64,000 nucleotides of DNA, from NCBI GenBank assembly GCA_964411445.1, contig CAYPLE010000004.1, forward strand, positions 28,447 to 92,446, written 5' to 3'. This DNA is from an uncultured Pirellulaceae bacterium (GTDB taxonomy: Bacteria; Planctomycetota; Planctomycetia; Pirellulales; Pirellulaceae). A program made the position numbers and the translations under genes. Below are positions 1-11,400 of the stretch, piece after piece (position 1 is the first letter of the stretch; each line of letters begins with the position of its first letter). The notes below the pieces were generated by a model, which saw nothing but the letters and a program-made list of their open reading frames with translations, did no database searches and was not told the origin of the DNA.

Positions 1-1017
1 CGCAACGAATCAGAGCTCAACAAGACTGGTGACCAATTCGACATCGATCGTCGCTACACCAGTTATGCAGACGTGTTGGCTGATCCCGACGTAGACTGCG
101 TCCATATTAATAGCCCCATTCCCGACCACGCCCCCATGTCGCTTGCTGCGCTCGATGCGGGCAAGCATGTGATGTGCACTGTACCGATGGCGACCACCAT
201 TGAGGAATGTCGCCAGATCGTTGAGAAAGTAAACCAAACTGGACTGCGGTACATGATGGCGGAAACGGTCGTTTACAGCCGCGAGTACTTGTTCATCAAG
301 CAGATGTACGACAGCGGTGAACTTGGCAAGATCCAACACCTTGCTGCATCGCACCCTCAAGACATGGATGGCTGGCCCGACTACTGGGAAAAGATGATTC
401 CCATGCACTACGCCACGCATGTCGTCAGTCCGTGTCTGGGGCTCGTCGATGGCTTGGCCGAATATGTCAGTTGCTTTGGCTCAGGTACCGTCCGGGACGA
501 CATCGCTGAAAAGTCTGGCAACAAGTTTGCAGTTGAGACCTGCCACATCAAGATTCAGGACACCGACTTGACCGCTCATATTTGGCGGTTTCTCTACGAT
601 GTCGCCCGTCAATATCGCGAGAGTTTTGACGTTTACGGAACGAAAAAGAGTTTCGAATGGACGTTGATCGAAAACGAACCTCATGTTCTGCACACCGCCA
701 AAAAACCAGAGCCGGAGATTCCTGAGAAGATTGAGGTCCCTGATTTTGCCCATCTGTTGCCAGAGGAGATACAGCGATTCACCTTGCCGCAGGAAATTCA
801 TGACGCCGAACACCTGTCATTCGTACAAGGTGGTGGCCACGGCGGCTCCCACCCACACCTAGTGCATGAGTTCGTTAGTGCCATTCGTGACGACAGAGAT
901 CCTCGGCCGGCCGCAGTCACATCTGCCAATTGGACCTGTGTCGGCATATGTGCTCACGAGTCCGCCAACAAGGGCGGCGAAATCGTTCGCTTGCCTGAGT
1001 TTACGCTGACCAAGTAG
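1..1017 (+). CDS. Gfo/Idh/MocA family oxidoreductase (5' partial)
   Basis: Frame is open from base 1 (RNESELNKTGDQFDIDRRYTSYADVLADPDVDCVHINSP...). 'DHAPMSLAALDAGKHVMCTVP' and 'GELGKIQH' match the Gfo/Idh/MocA pattern, with the usual CEKP site divergent (CTVP). The N-terminal nucleotide-binding motif lies outside the window. Confidence 0.85.
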   Translation, partial: RNESELNKTGDQFDIDRRYTSYADVLADPDVDCVHINSPIPDHAPMSLAALDAGKHVMCTVPMATTIEECRQIVEKVNQTGLRYMMAETVVYSREYLFIKQMYDSGELGKIQHLAASHPQDMDGWPDYWEKMIPMHYATHVVSPCLGLVDGLAEYVSCFGSGTVRDDIAEKSGNKFAVETCHIKIQDTDLTAHIWRFLYDVARQYRESFDVYGTKKSFEWTLIENEPHVLHTAKKPEPEIPEKIEVPDFAHLLPEEIQRFTLPQEIHDAEHLSFVQGGGHGGSHPHLVHEFVSAIRDDRDPRPAAVTSANWTCVGICAHESANKGGEIVRLPEFTLTK

Positions 1018-1049
1018 CCTCCCACCTTCCGATTCCCGCGAGATTCACG

Positions 1050-4000
1050 ATGCTTCACGTACTCAGTTTGTTGCTTAGTCGGACATTCCCATACCACACC
1101 GCGCTTATTGCATTGCTCTTAGCCTGCAGCCATTCGTCTGGCGCAGAGTTGAACGCTTTGTTTTTAGGTGACAACGGGGCGCACCAGCCACAGCGGCGGT
1201 TCGCAGAGCTGGCTCCGAAACTTGAGGGAAAGGGAATTCGCCTGGTCTATACCGACGACCTCAGCAATCTGACGGGCGAAACCCTCGGCCAGTATGACGC
1301 ATTGGTTGTCTACGCCAATATCGACCGAATCGATGACGCGTATGCGAAGGCGATCGTGAATTATGTCAAGCAAGGCGGAGGCTTTGTACCGCTGCACTGT
1401 GCATCTTTCTGCTTTCGAAACCAACCTGAATTGGTCGCCCTCATTGGCGCTCAGTTCCAACGCCACGGAACGGGCGTCTTCCAGCCAATTCCCTCGGGCG
1501 AGAATCATCCGATTATGGAAGGCTTTGGCGGATTCCGCAGTTGGGACGAAACCTACGTACACACGCTGCACAATGAGGAGAACCGAACCGTTCTAGAATA
1601 TCGCGTTGATGAAGAAGGCCGAGAACCGTGGACATGGGTGAAGCCCTTTGGTGCCGGCCGCGTCTTCTATACCGCTTCCGGTCACGATTCTCGCACTTGG
1701 AACCAACCCGGCTTTCAAAACCTCGTCGAGCGTGGCATCCGCTGGGCGGCCGGAAAAGATCCCGCCGCGGCCGGTGAGTACTTGGATGAGAAACTCTTCG
1801 ACGCTCCACCAATGACAGCAAAGCGCACGGATATCGCACAACTGCAGTACATCGACGTTGGCCCAAAGATCCCGAACTACACCCCAAGCCGCCAGTGGGG
1901 CACTCAGGGTGATCCGAAGACGCTCATGCAAGAACCACTTGCCGCGGAGGAATCCATCAAGCACTTTGTTACACCCAAGGGATTCCAGGTTCAACGTTAC
2001 GCCGACGAGCGAGATTTTGACTCCAAGCCAATCGCCATGACTTGGGACGAGCGGGGCCGCCTGTGGTTGTGTGAAACACTGGATTATCCCAATGAACTGG
2101 GAAAGAACCGCGATCGTATCCGCATCTGTGAAGACACCGATGGGGACGCGGTAGCAGACAAATTCACCGTCTTTGCCGAAGGATTGAGTATTCCGACCGC
2201 GATTGTCATCGTTCGTGGCGGAGCAATCGTCCAAAACGGAACCGACACAATCTTCCTGCAGGACACCGATGGCGATGATGTGGCCGATGAAACCACGACT
2301 CTCATTACCGGCTGGGCATTGGGAGACACCCACGGTGGCGTGAGCAATTTTCGCTATGGCTTAGACAACTGGATCTGGGCCATGCAAGGCTACAACAACA
2401 GTCGCCCTGAATACGATGGCAAAATCGCGCAGCGTTTTCGGCAGGGATTCTGGCGTTTCAAGTTGTCACACGAGACGCCGCCCCGCGTCACCGACTTGGA
2501 GTTTGTTCGTTCAAGCAACAATAACACTTGGGGACTAGGCATCAGCGAAGAAGGCTTGATCTTTGGTTCAACCGCCAACGGAAACCCCAGCATGTTTGTG
2601 CCAATTCCGAATCGCTACTACGAAAGCGTGCGCGGTTGGTCTCCAAGAACACTGGGCAGCATCGCCGATTCAGCTCGCTTCGAACCTGTGACCGATGCAG
2701 TACGCCAAGTAGATCACCACGGGCGATACACAGCAGGAGCTGGTCACGCACTCTACACCGCCAGGGCATTCCCTCAGCAATGGTGGAACAGCACCGCATT
2801 TGTGTGCGGGCCAACCGGGCACCTTGTCGGGACGTTTGTATTGCGCCGCGATGGGACAGATTACACATCGTCAAGCCCACTGAATCTACTGGCAAGCGAC
2901 GATGAGTGGAGCGCGCCCATTATGGCCGAGGTCGGTCCCGACGGAGCAGTCTGGGTTCTTGACTGGTACAACTACATTGTCCAGCACAATCCTACTCCGA
3001 ACGGGTTCAAGACCGGTAAAGGTGCTGCCTACGAGAGTGACCTACGCGACAAGCGGCGGGGGCGGATTTATCGCGTCCTGCCGGATGACACCACCAGACT
3101 GCATGCCTATGACAGCCTTGCCGATGCCAACAACGCGCAACTAGTTGATGCGCTTCGCCATCCGTCCATGCGATGGAGATTACACGCCCAACGGCTTCTT
3201 ATTGAACGAGCAGCAACCGATTCTGCCGAACAGCTACTTGCACTGATCGGTGACACGAGCGTTGATGCAATTGGATTGAACGTTGGCGCTATTCACGCAT
3301 TACACACTCTGTCAGGCCTGGGATGGATCGACGACGAGCAGATTCAAGCGAATCGGAGACTCAGCAGTGCGCTTTCACGAGCCCTCGAGCACGAGTCCGC
3401 TGGCGTCCGTCGAGCGGCAATATCGGTACTCCCACAAAGCGCCGCGGGACTCGAAATCCTGCTTCGTCATGACGAACTGCTGAGCGATTCCGACGCCCAA
3501 GTTCGCTTGCAAGCGATTCTTTCGTTGGCTGACATGCCAGAGTCGGACTCGGCCGCGCATTTGATTGTATCGCTGGCCTACCAAACACTGGACGACGTGA
3601 CAGTCGACGCACTCACAGCGGCGGCAGCCGCCCACTCAACTCCTTTTCTTCGGGCTGTAGCCCAAAGCTCGCCGGCAACCGTTGCCGTCGAACAAATCAC
3701 CTCGCGTGTCGCTGAACACACAGCCCGAGGTCGCCCTAACGCTGACCAACTGCAAAAAGTCCTGGCGTCGCTCGCTGGAGCCGATTCCAAATTGGCAATC
3801 ACTATCCTTGATGGACTCACCGCCGGCTTTCCGAACGACTTTGCAATCGCAGAGAACAAACTGCTGCATCACTCACTGCTCAAGGCGTTCCATTCCAGCG
3901 AAGGACCAATGCAGGTGAAACTATTGCGATTGGCTGGTCGAATCGGCAACCGCTCGCTGGATTCTGAAGCAGAAGCAATCGTCCAGTCGTTGATTGAAAC

Positions 4001-5447
4001 ACTTTCGGATACGGAGGCGACGGAAGAAGTGCGATTGAATGCGGCAGCGGATCTGATAGGCTTCCGTGCCAAAGACCCTGACGCTGCGAGGGAAATTCTC
4101 GACACCATTTCCCCTCAGACACCGCCCGATCTGGCGGCTTCACTTATCAGTATCATTCGCCGAAGTGCGGCGGAAGAAGTCGGAGAGTTGTTGGTTGAAA
4201 CGTTGGTTGACTTTTCGCCTTCGATAAAGGCTAACGCCATCACTGCCGTACTCAGCAAACCAGCTTGGGCGGGAGCACTACTCAATTCTGCCGAGTCACA
4301 GCAATTTGACTTGAGCGAACTGTCCTTGGAACAAAAGCAAGCGCTGCGTGAATTGCCCAGCGAACGCCTAAGGTCTAAGGCGGAAATGCTCCTTGCCAGA
4401 GACGGAGGCTTACCCGATGCAGACCGTGAGAAGGTCCTGCAATCGTTGCTACCAATCACCAAGCGCCGCGGTGACTCCGACGCAGGCTTGCTTGTCTTCA
4501 AAAAGGCCTGCGCTAATTGCCACCAGTACGGCGATCTCGGGCAGAAGATCGGCCCGAACTTGACCGGAATGGCAGTCCATCCCAAAGACGAACTGCTGAC
4601 TCACATTATTGATCCATCGCGTAGCGTCGAAGGAAACTTTCGCATGTACAAAGTACTCACTGTCGACGGCGTGGTCGTGAACGGGATGCTTGCTGGCGAA
4701 TCGAAGACGTCGATAACCATCGTGGATGCTCAAGCAAAAGAGATCGATGTCCAACGGGAAGACATCGAACAGTTGGTAGCATCCCGAAAGAGCGTCATGC
4801 CAGAAGGCTTTGAAAAACAGCTCAGCGAACAGGAACTCACCAACCTGCTCGAATTCTTGACTGACACAGGCCCATACGTCCCTCTGCCTCTTGACGATAT
4901 TGCAACGGCCATCAGCACCAAGGGATTGTTCAGCAACGGCGATAGCGGACCAGACAGGATGATTTTTGCCGACTGGGCCCCCAAGATGGTCGGTGACGTC
5001 CCGTTCTTGCTTACCGATCCAGAGGGCAAATCGAAAAAGAACATCATCCTCTTGAACGGACCTTTCGGACCGCTACCGCCCCAAATGCCCAAGAGCGTTG
5101 CGATCAATATTGGCGGATCCGTGAAAGCAATCCACATGCTTTCCGGAGTCGGCGGTTGGAGCCATCCTTACAGTCGCGAGAAGACGATCTCGATGATTGT
5201 TCGCCTGCGGTACTCCGACGGAAAAGTCGAGGATCACGAATTGCGCAATGCGATCCACTTTGCAGACTACATTCGACGAGTTGATGTTCCTGGCAGTGAA
5301 TTTGCATTCGCTCTCGGCAACCAACAAATCCGCTATCTCAGTGTCGCTCCCAAACGCGAGACTTCAATTGATGCCGTCGAATTCGTAAAGGGCTCCGACG
5401 ACACCGCTCCGATTATCATGGCCGTGACAGTCGAGCGCAACGACTAG
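1050..5447 (+). CDS. PVC-type heme-binding CxxCH membrane-bound dehydrogenase-like protein with N-terminal ThuA-like domain
   Basis: Signal peptide; ThuA-like region (GGGFVPLHCAS...GRVFYTASGH); sorbosone-dehydrogenase-type propeller (WDERGRLW...DTDGD...DTHGG...GPDGAVWVLDWYN); HEAT-like helical region; heme motif CANCH followed by IGPNLTG and 'I.DPSRSVE'. Confidence 0.9.
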   Translation: MLHVLSLLLSRTFPYHTALIALLLACSHSSGAELNALFLGDNGAHQPQRRFAELAPKLEGKGIRLVYTDDLSNLTGETLGQYDALVVYANIDRIDDAYAKAIVNYVKQGGGFVPLHCASFCFRNQPELVALIGAQFQRHGTGVFQPIPSGENHPIMEGFGGFRSWDETYVHTLHNEENRTVLEYRVDEEGREPWTWVKPFGAGRVFYTASGHDSRTWNQPGFQNLVERGIRWAAGKDPAAAGEYLDEKLFDAPPMTAKRTDIAQLQYIDVGPKIPNYTPSRQWGTQGDPKTLMQEPLAAEESIKHFVTPKGFQVQRYADERDFDSKPIAMTWDERGRLWLCETLDYPNELGKNRDRIRICEDTDGDAVADKFTVFAEGLSIPTAIVIVRGGAIVQNGTDTIFLQDTDGDDVADETTTLITGWALGDTHGGVSNFRYGLDNWIWAMQGYNNSRPEYDGKIAQRFRQGFWRFKLSHETPPRVTDLEFVRSSNNNTWGLGISEEGLIFGSTANGNPSMFVPIPNRYYESVRGWSPRTLGSIADSARFEPVTDAVRQVDHHGRYTAGAGHALYTARAFPQQWWNSTAFVCGPTGHLVGTFVLRRDGTDYTSSSPLNLLASDDEWSAPIMAEVGPDGAVWVLDWYNYIVQHNPTPNGFKTGKGAAYESDLRDKRRGRIYRVLPDDTTRLHAYDSLADANNAQLVDALRHPSMRWRLHAQRLLIERAATDSAEQLLALIGDTSVDAIGLNVGAIHALHTLSGLGWIDDEQIQANRRLSSALSRALEHESAGVRRAAISVLPQSAAGLEILLRHDELLSDSDAQVRLQAILSLADMPESDSAAHLIVSLAYQTLDDVTVDALTAAAAAHSTPFLRAVAQSSPATVAVEQITSRVAEHTARGRPNADQLQKVLASLAGADSKLAITILDGLTAGFPNDFAIAENKLLHHSLLKAFHSSEGPMQVKLLRLAGRIGNRSLDSEAEAIVQSLIETLSDTEATEEVRLNAAADLIGFRAKDPDAAREILDTISPQTPPDLAASLISIIRRSAAEEVGELLVETLVDFSPSIKANAITAVLSKPAWAGALLNSAESQQFDLSELSLEQKQALRELPSERLRSKAEMLLARDGGLPDADREKVLQSLLPITKRRGDSDAGLLVFKKACANCHQYGDLGQKIGPNLTGMAVHPKDELLTHIIDPSRSVEGNFRMYKVLTVDGVVVNGMLAGESKTSITIVDAQAKEIDVQREDIEQLVASRKSVMPEGFEKQLSEQELTNLLEFLTDTGPYVPLPLDDIATAISTKGLFSNGDSGPDRMIFADWAPKMVGDVPFLLTDPEGKSKKNIILLNGPFGPLPPQMPKSVAINIGGSVKAIHMLSGVGGWSHPYSREKTISMIVRLRYSDGKVEDHELRNAIHFADYIRRVDVPGSEFAFALGNQQIRYLSVAPKRETSIDAVEFVKGSDDTAPIIMAVTVERND

Positions 5448-5487
5448 CAGCGGAACTACCTGAAGCCGCTTTCGGATCATGGCCGCG

Positions 5488-8400
5488 CTATGAGCGCGTT
5501 GCTAACGAAGCCCGAAGCAAATTGGCGAGTCGCGACACCTGCGTCTTGGCAAGCATGTTTGCATGAGCACCGGGAACTTCGAGCACTGTCAGTTCGTTAT
5601 CGGCAAAATACTCACTCCAACCAGCAGTAGCATCGCCGCCGCTTCCTCCAGACGCACGTATTTGTGCTCGGTAAAGCGTTGCTGGTCCGAGTGACGCCTG
5701 CGGACAGTAGTCAACGAGGGCTTGCATATTGCTCGCCGCAACTCGGCCATAGTCGGCATCCAAGTCGATGATTCGGCGGATTTTCTCGTGCAGTGAAATC
5801 AAGCCCATTCGATGCAAAACCGCTAGGCGACCAGCGCGAATGCGTTCTTGCACGTACGGTAGCCACTCACGCCATGGAAGCGTTGACAGGTACTTGCCGT
5901 GAAAGGCAAGGCTCTGCAGAGTCGAAGCAGGGAGCGGCACCCCCGGCGTGGCGTCAATCATCGACAGTGAGACGGAACAACCAGCTCGCCATAGTTGCTG
6001 GGCCATTTCATAGGCTAGAACGCCTCCGAAGGAAAACCCGGCAATATGATAGGTGCCTGTCGGCTGAGCACTCAACAGTCTTGCAACCTGTTGTTCAGCA
6101 AGCTGCTCGAAAGAGCACGGCGAATCGTCATCGGGCAGAAGCCCAATTGGCTCCAGCCCGAAAACGTTACAGTCCTTTTCCAGTGCTGCGGCAAGGTCAC
6201 GGAAATTCAAGAAGTGCCCATCAATACCTGGCAAGCAGTAAATATTGGGCTTTGGCACTCTTTCACCATTGCTCGGTGAGCTTGCGAGCCGAATAACGCC
6301 CGTCGTAGCTTCAGCACTTGATTCACTGGGACGCACAGCACGAACAAACTGCTGCAATGTAGGATTTGCGACCAGAATGGACATCGAAACTTTGATATCC
6401 AGTGAAACCCTAAGTCGAGCGAACATGATTGCTGCCGCCAAAGAGTTGCCGCCACAGTCAAAAAAATTGCTGTTTGCAACAAGTGCGTCTTGACGGAGCA
6501 CCGTTCTCCAAATTGCTGAGACTGAAGCCGTCAACGGATCACTTGTACGAGTGGCGGGTTCTTGCGGAGAGACCGCAGTTTCCACCGGAGGAGCCGTGCA
6601 CAAGTGCTGATTCAATAGCCGTTGGCGGTCAATTTTTCCATTGACAGTCTTTGGCAGCGTTTCGCAAACAACAATTTGCGCCGGAACCATGTACTCCGGC
6701 AAGGCATTCATCATCTCCTGTCGCAGATTCCTACCAAGCGTTTCTGCGGCTGTCGCACCTTGCGAAAGTGATTTTGCCTGCACGAACGCAATCAAGTGTG
6801 TGGCATGGTATTGCTTATCTGTGACAACTGCGGCTTCCCGGATTTGCTCCTGATTGAGCAACCACGCTTCGACTTCGCCTGGCTCGACACGGTTTCCACG
6901 TACCTTCACCTGGTCGTCGTTCCTGGACACGAACTCCAGTTGGTCATCCCAATTGATAAAACACACGTCTCCAGAACGGTACCACCGCTGGCTTTCGAAG
7001 CCATCCAACTTGCGATCTACAAATTTTTCATTCGCCTCACGATGTCCACCTAAATAGCCTTTGGCAATGCAGGCTTGACCAATCCATAGCTCGCCTTGAA
7101 CACCTTGAGGCACCGGCACTCCGCAATCGTTGACGACAGCCAACTCGGCGTTCTGAATTGGGCGCCCGATTGGCGGCAACGATGGCCAATTGCGTGGTGA
7201 ATCAGGAAGAGAATAGGATGTCACTACGTGCGATTCGGTCGGACCATACTGATTGATCAATCGGCATTGTGAGTTGGCATCGAAGAAACGCTTCACAGAT
7301 TCCGAAATCACCAGTCGTTCCCCCGCGGTGATGACTTCCCGCAAATGGGACTTGGCGCCGCGTTGATCTGCAATGTCACACAGCCCCTTCAAAGCGACGA
7401 AAGGCAAGAACACTCGTTCGATGCGCTCTTGAACAATCGTATCCCAGAGGGCATTCAGATCGCGGTGCGTTGCCTGATCAACCAAATGAAGGGTCCCGCC
7501 GCCGGCGAGTGTTGTCAGAATTTCTTGGAACGACACATCGAACCCAAGCGAAGCGAACTGAAGCGTTCGCGTTTGGGCCCAATTTGAATTCTCAGCAAGT
7601 TGCCAATCTACCAAGTTTTCGATGACTCCGATGGGCATTTCCACGCCCTTTGGAATGCCCGTCGAACCTGATGTGAAAAGGACATAGATTAGATCGCTGG
7701 CGAGGTGTTCATGGATCATCGGCACCGGCAACGTGCGCCCAAATGCATCTGCAACGTCGATTTCGCGCACGCCTTGGATCTGACAAGGCGTATTGACGAG
7801 CACGCTGGTCACGTTCGCACATTCAACGATTTGTCGCTTGCGTTCCGAGGGCAAGACGGGGTCAATTGGCACACAAACCCCACCAATCTGAATCGTCCCC
7901 AGCACGGCAGCCAGCATCTCTGGAGAACGCGTCAAGTGGAGGCCCACCAAATCGCCAGCCTCGACGCCTGCTGCCTCAAGCTCGCCCGAGACGCAGTCCG
8001 CAGCAGCCCACAGCTCTTTGTAGTCGTAATCCCGTCCAGCAAAACAGACTGCTGCTTGCTCGCTGTGACGAGTTGCAATAGCTTTGATCCGCCGAACCAA
8101 CGAAGGCTGGTTGGTTTGGCTCGAGACCGGCAGATCACTATGGCAAGCGTCCCAAGCAGCGGGCTGCCGTTCTAGCCCAATCTCGGTCGCCAGCACGCCA
8201 GGATCACCGATTAGCAGATCAAGTACGGTTTGAAAATGCCTTGCAAATTGTGTGATGCGCGCTTCTGCAAATTGCGATGCATCATACTCCAATTCAATCC
8301 GAATCTGATCAATTGCCTGTGAAGCGGCCACCAGCAGGTCAAACTTCGCCGTACCGGTATGTAAATGCTTTGGCGTAACCTGCGATGCACCAAAGGTTGG

Positions 8401-11400
8401 AGGCGTCTGCTCATCTTCGAGGACAAACAGAACGTTGAAGAGATCTTGCTGCTTTGCTCCTGCGGCGTCGCATGCAGACTTCATACGTTCGTATGAAAAC
8501 TCTTGGTGCGACAGAGCCTCAACGGTCGCCTGATGCACCAAATCACAGTATTCCTCAATGGTCGTGGAGGGGCTCAACTGAGTGCGTATTGGCAGCACGC
8601 CAATGAAGTAGCCGATTGTCGCCTCAATTTCGGCTCGGTCGCGTGTTGAGACCGCGGTGCCAACAACAATGTCATCCTGGTTGCTGTAACGGTGCAAGAG
8701 GATCTTGAGCACGCTCAACAGCAGCACAAAAGGCGTCGTTTGCTGCTCAGTTGCTCTCTTCCGCAACTTCTCCAGCCGAGTACCATCGATGACGAAGTCG
8801 AACACCCTGCCGACGCTCGCTAAGGGAACGTCTTGCGAAAAGTCGCTTGGAAGCGTGACTGACGCGGGCATCTTGTCGAGCTTTCTCAGCCAGTACTCCT
8901 CGCAAGCAATCTGGTGCGCTGTCCCACCTTCGGAAACTTCGCGCGACTGACCAAGTGAGTAGTCGAGATACTGCATCGGAGGAATAGCAAGCTGGCATTC
9001 ACGACCTTCAGTGTAAGCTGCATAGTACTCCGACAGCTCGCGATTGAAGATACCGATAGAGTGTCCATCAACGGCAATATGGTGAAACACCAAGACCAGC
9101 AGTGCTTCTTCGTCGTCACCGACAAACAACGCGGCCCTGAACGGATTCTCACTACTCAGTTCAAACGGTTGTCGAACAAATTTCTGTACTGCGGACTGCT
9201 TAGCAAGTGCTTCGCCTGCCCCGTTCTGCAGATGCCTTACCGTCAACACGCCTTCCACAGACGGCTGAACGTGCTGCAAGAGCTCACCGCTGCCACTGGA
9301 TGCAAATCGATATTGTGTACGCAGTACTTCATGCCGCGCGATAATGCTGTCGATCGCAAACGTTAGTGCTGCTGAATCGATCTCGCCGTGAACAGCAAAC
9401 CCAAGTGGCACGTTGTAGCGTGAACCGTGGTGGTCAATCTGGTTCACCACCCACATTTGCTGCTGTTGATAGGAAAGCGGCGCACTCGTCGGCCTCGCCT
9501 CTACGCTTGCTACCCCACCGCTGTCGTTGGCGCCTGACGCTTTTTCGCATGCATTGGAAAGCCAATCTGCGATCCAACTTAGCGGACGATTTCTATCCAA
9601 CAATTGCTGGTAGGGCAACTGTGCACCAAACGCCTGCCGAATACGAGCAATTAGCGTCAGTGCCGTCAGAGAAGTACCCCCGACGCAATAAAATGTATCA
9701 TTCAGGTCAACCGTGCTCGTGTTCAACAATTCAGCCAGCGTTTTGCTGAGCCATTGATGATATTCGGATTCGCCAAGCAGATCGTTAGCATGCAACACGC
9801 CCGCAGTTTTCCGACGAGACGGCAGTGGAAGCTGCTTGTAATCCACTTTACCATTGGGTGTCAGTGGCCAAGCATTCAGAGCGATGATCTCTGAGGGTAC
9901 CATATACGCTGGCAACCGCTTCGATAGTTGCCGGACCAATTCGCCGACATCCAAATTGCCTTCGGCCGATTCGCCTGTGTTTTCCTCGGTCCGACGCACA
10001 TAGGCAATCAGTCGATCGCCCGCGTCACCGGAATCGATGGTTAGGACCGCGTCTGAAACACCAGGTTGCTTCGCGAGTTCGCTTTCGATTTCTCCTAGAC
10101 CGATGCGATAGCCACGTATCTTGACTTGACGATCGCGACGGCCCAAGAACTCTAAAACGCCGTCTTCTGTGTAGCGACACAGATCACCTGTCTTATACAG
10201 CAGCCCGGAGTCTTCGAAAGGATTGTCGACGAATTGTTCGGCTGTGCGATCGGGTTGATTGATGTACCCCAACGCCACCCCGACTCCAGCTATACACAGC
10301 TCTCCAGCCTCGCCACGGGGCGTCTGGCACATTGATTCATCGACTACGTAACATCGCTGGTTTAGCAGAGGACGCCCATAGGGAATGCTCTTCCAAGTCG
10401 CTTCAACAGAATCGATCTCATGGTAGACACTCCAAATAGAAGCCTCGGTGCTACCTCCCAGGGACCAAATCTCTGCATCTGGCAGGAACTCGCGGATCCG
10501 ACCAGGCAGGCTAAGTGGGATCCAATCACCACTCAGCATGACCGTCCGTAAACTTGAAAGCAAATGTGCGTTTTCGCAAGCTGTAACCAGGATGTCCATC
10601 AACGCCGGAACAGTGTTCCAAACGGTCACTTGATGTGCCTGGACGAGTTGTTGCCAGGCGAGCGGATTACGCGATTGCTCACGATTCGGCAAGACAACCG
10701 TTCCGCCAGCCGCGAACATGCCAAAGATGTCGTACACCGACAGATCAAACCCGAGGGCCGATAGACATAGCGTCGCGTCGGCGGCGGTGATTGAAAAGCG
10801 ATGGTTGACGTCCTGAATGGTATTGGCTGGTCCGCGATGGCCGAGCATCACCCCCTTGGGCTGTCCGGTTGACCCAGAGGTAAACAACACGTATGCCAGG
10901 CTATCCGCATCGGGAACGGGCAACTCCACTTCGCTATTGAGAGCACCTTCAACAGCGGTGATGACCTCCGGATTCACGAGCTCAACGGTGTGAACAAATT
11001 CGCACGGTAGACTGCGGCCGAGACAATAACGTGCCTGAGCGGTTTCTGCAAAATAGGCCAGTCTGTCTGCTGGAAGCTGCGTATCCAGCGGAAGGTAGGC
11101 CGCGCCAGCTTTGAGTACGGCAACGATGGACAGAATTGATTGCGCAGTGTGATCGGCGACGACGCAAACGACTTCGCCACGACGGACACCGTGTTTGACC
11201 AAGTGCCGCGCGATGATATCGGAACGCAAATCTAGTTCCGCGTAGCTAAGCGACTCCTTGCCACAGACAACGGCAGTCGAATTTGGGGTTCGTTGTGCAG
11301 AGCGTCGAACAAAGCAAGCTAACGTTGGATCGTCTTTCCAATCAAAATCGGTCGCGTTCCATTCTGGATCGGGCAGGGTGGTGGCAGACTTACTTTCTGC

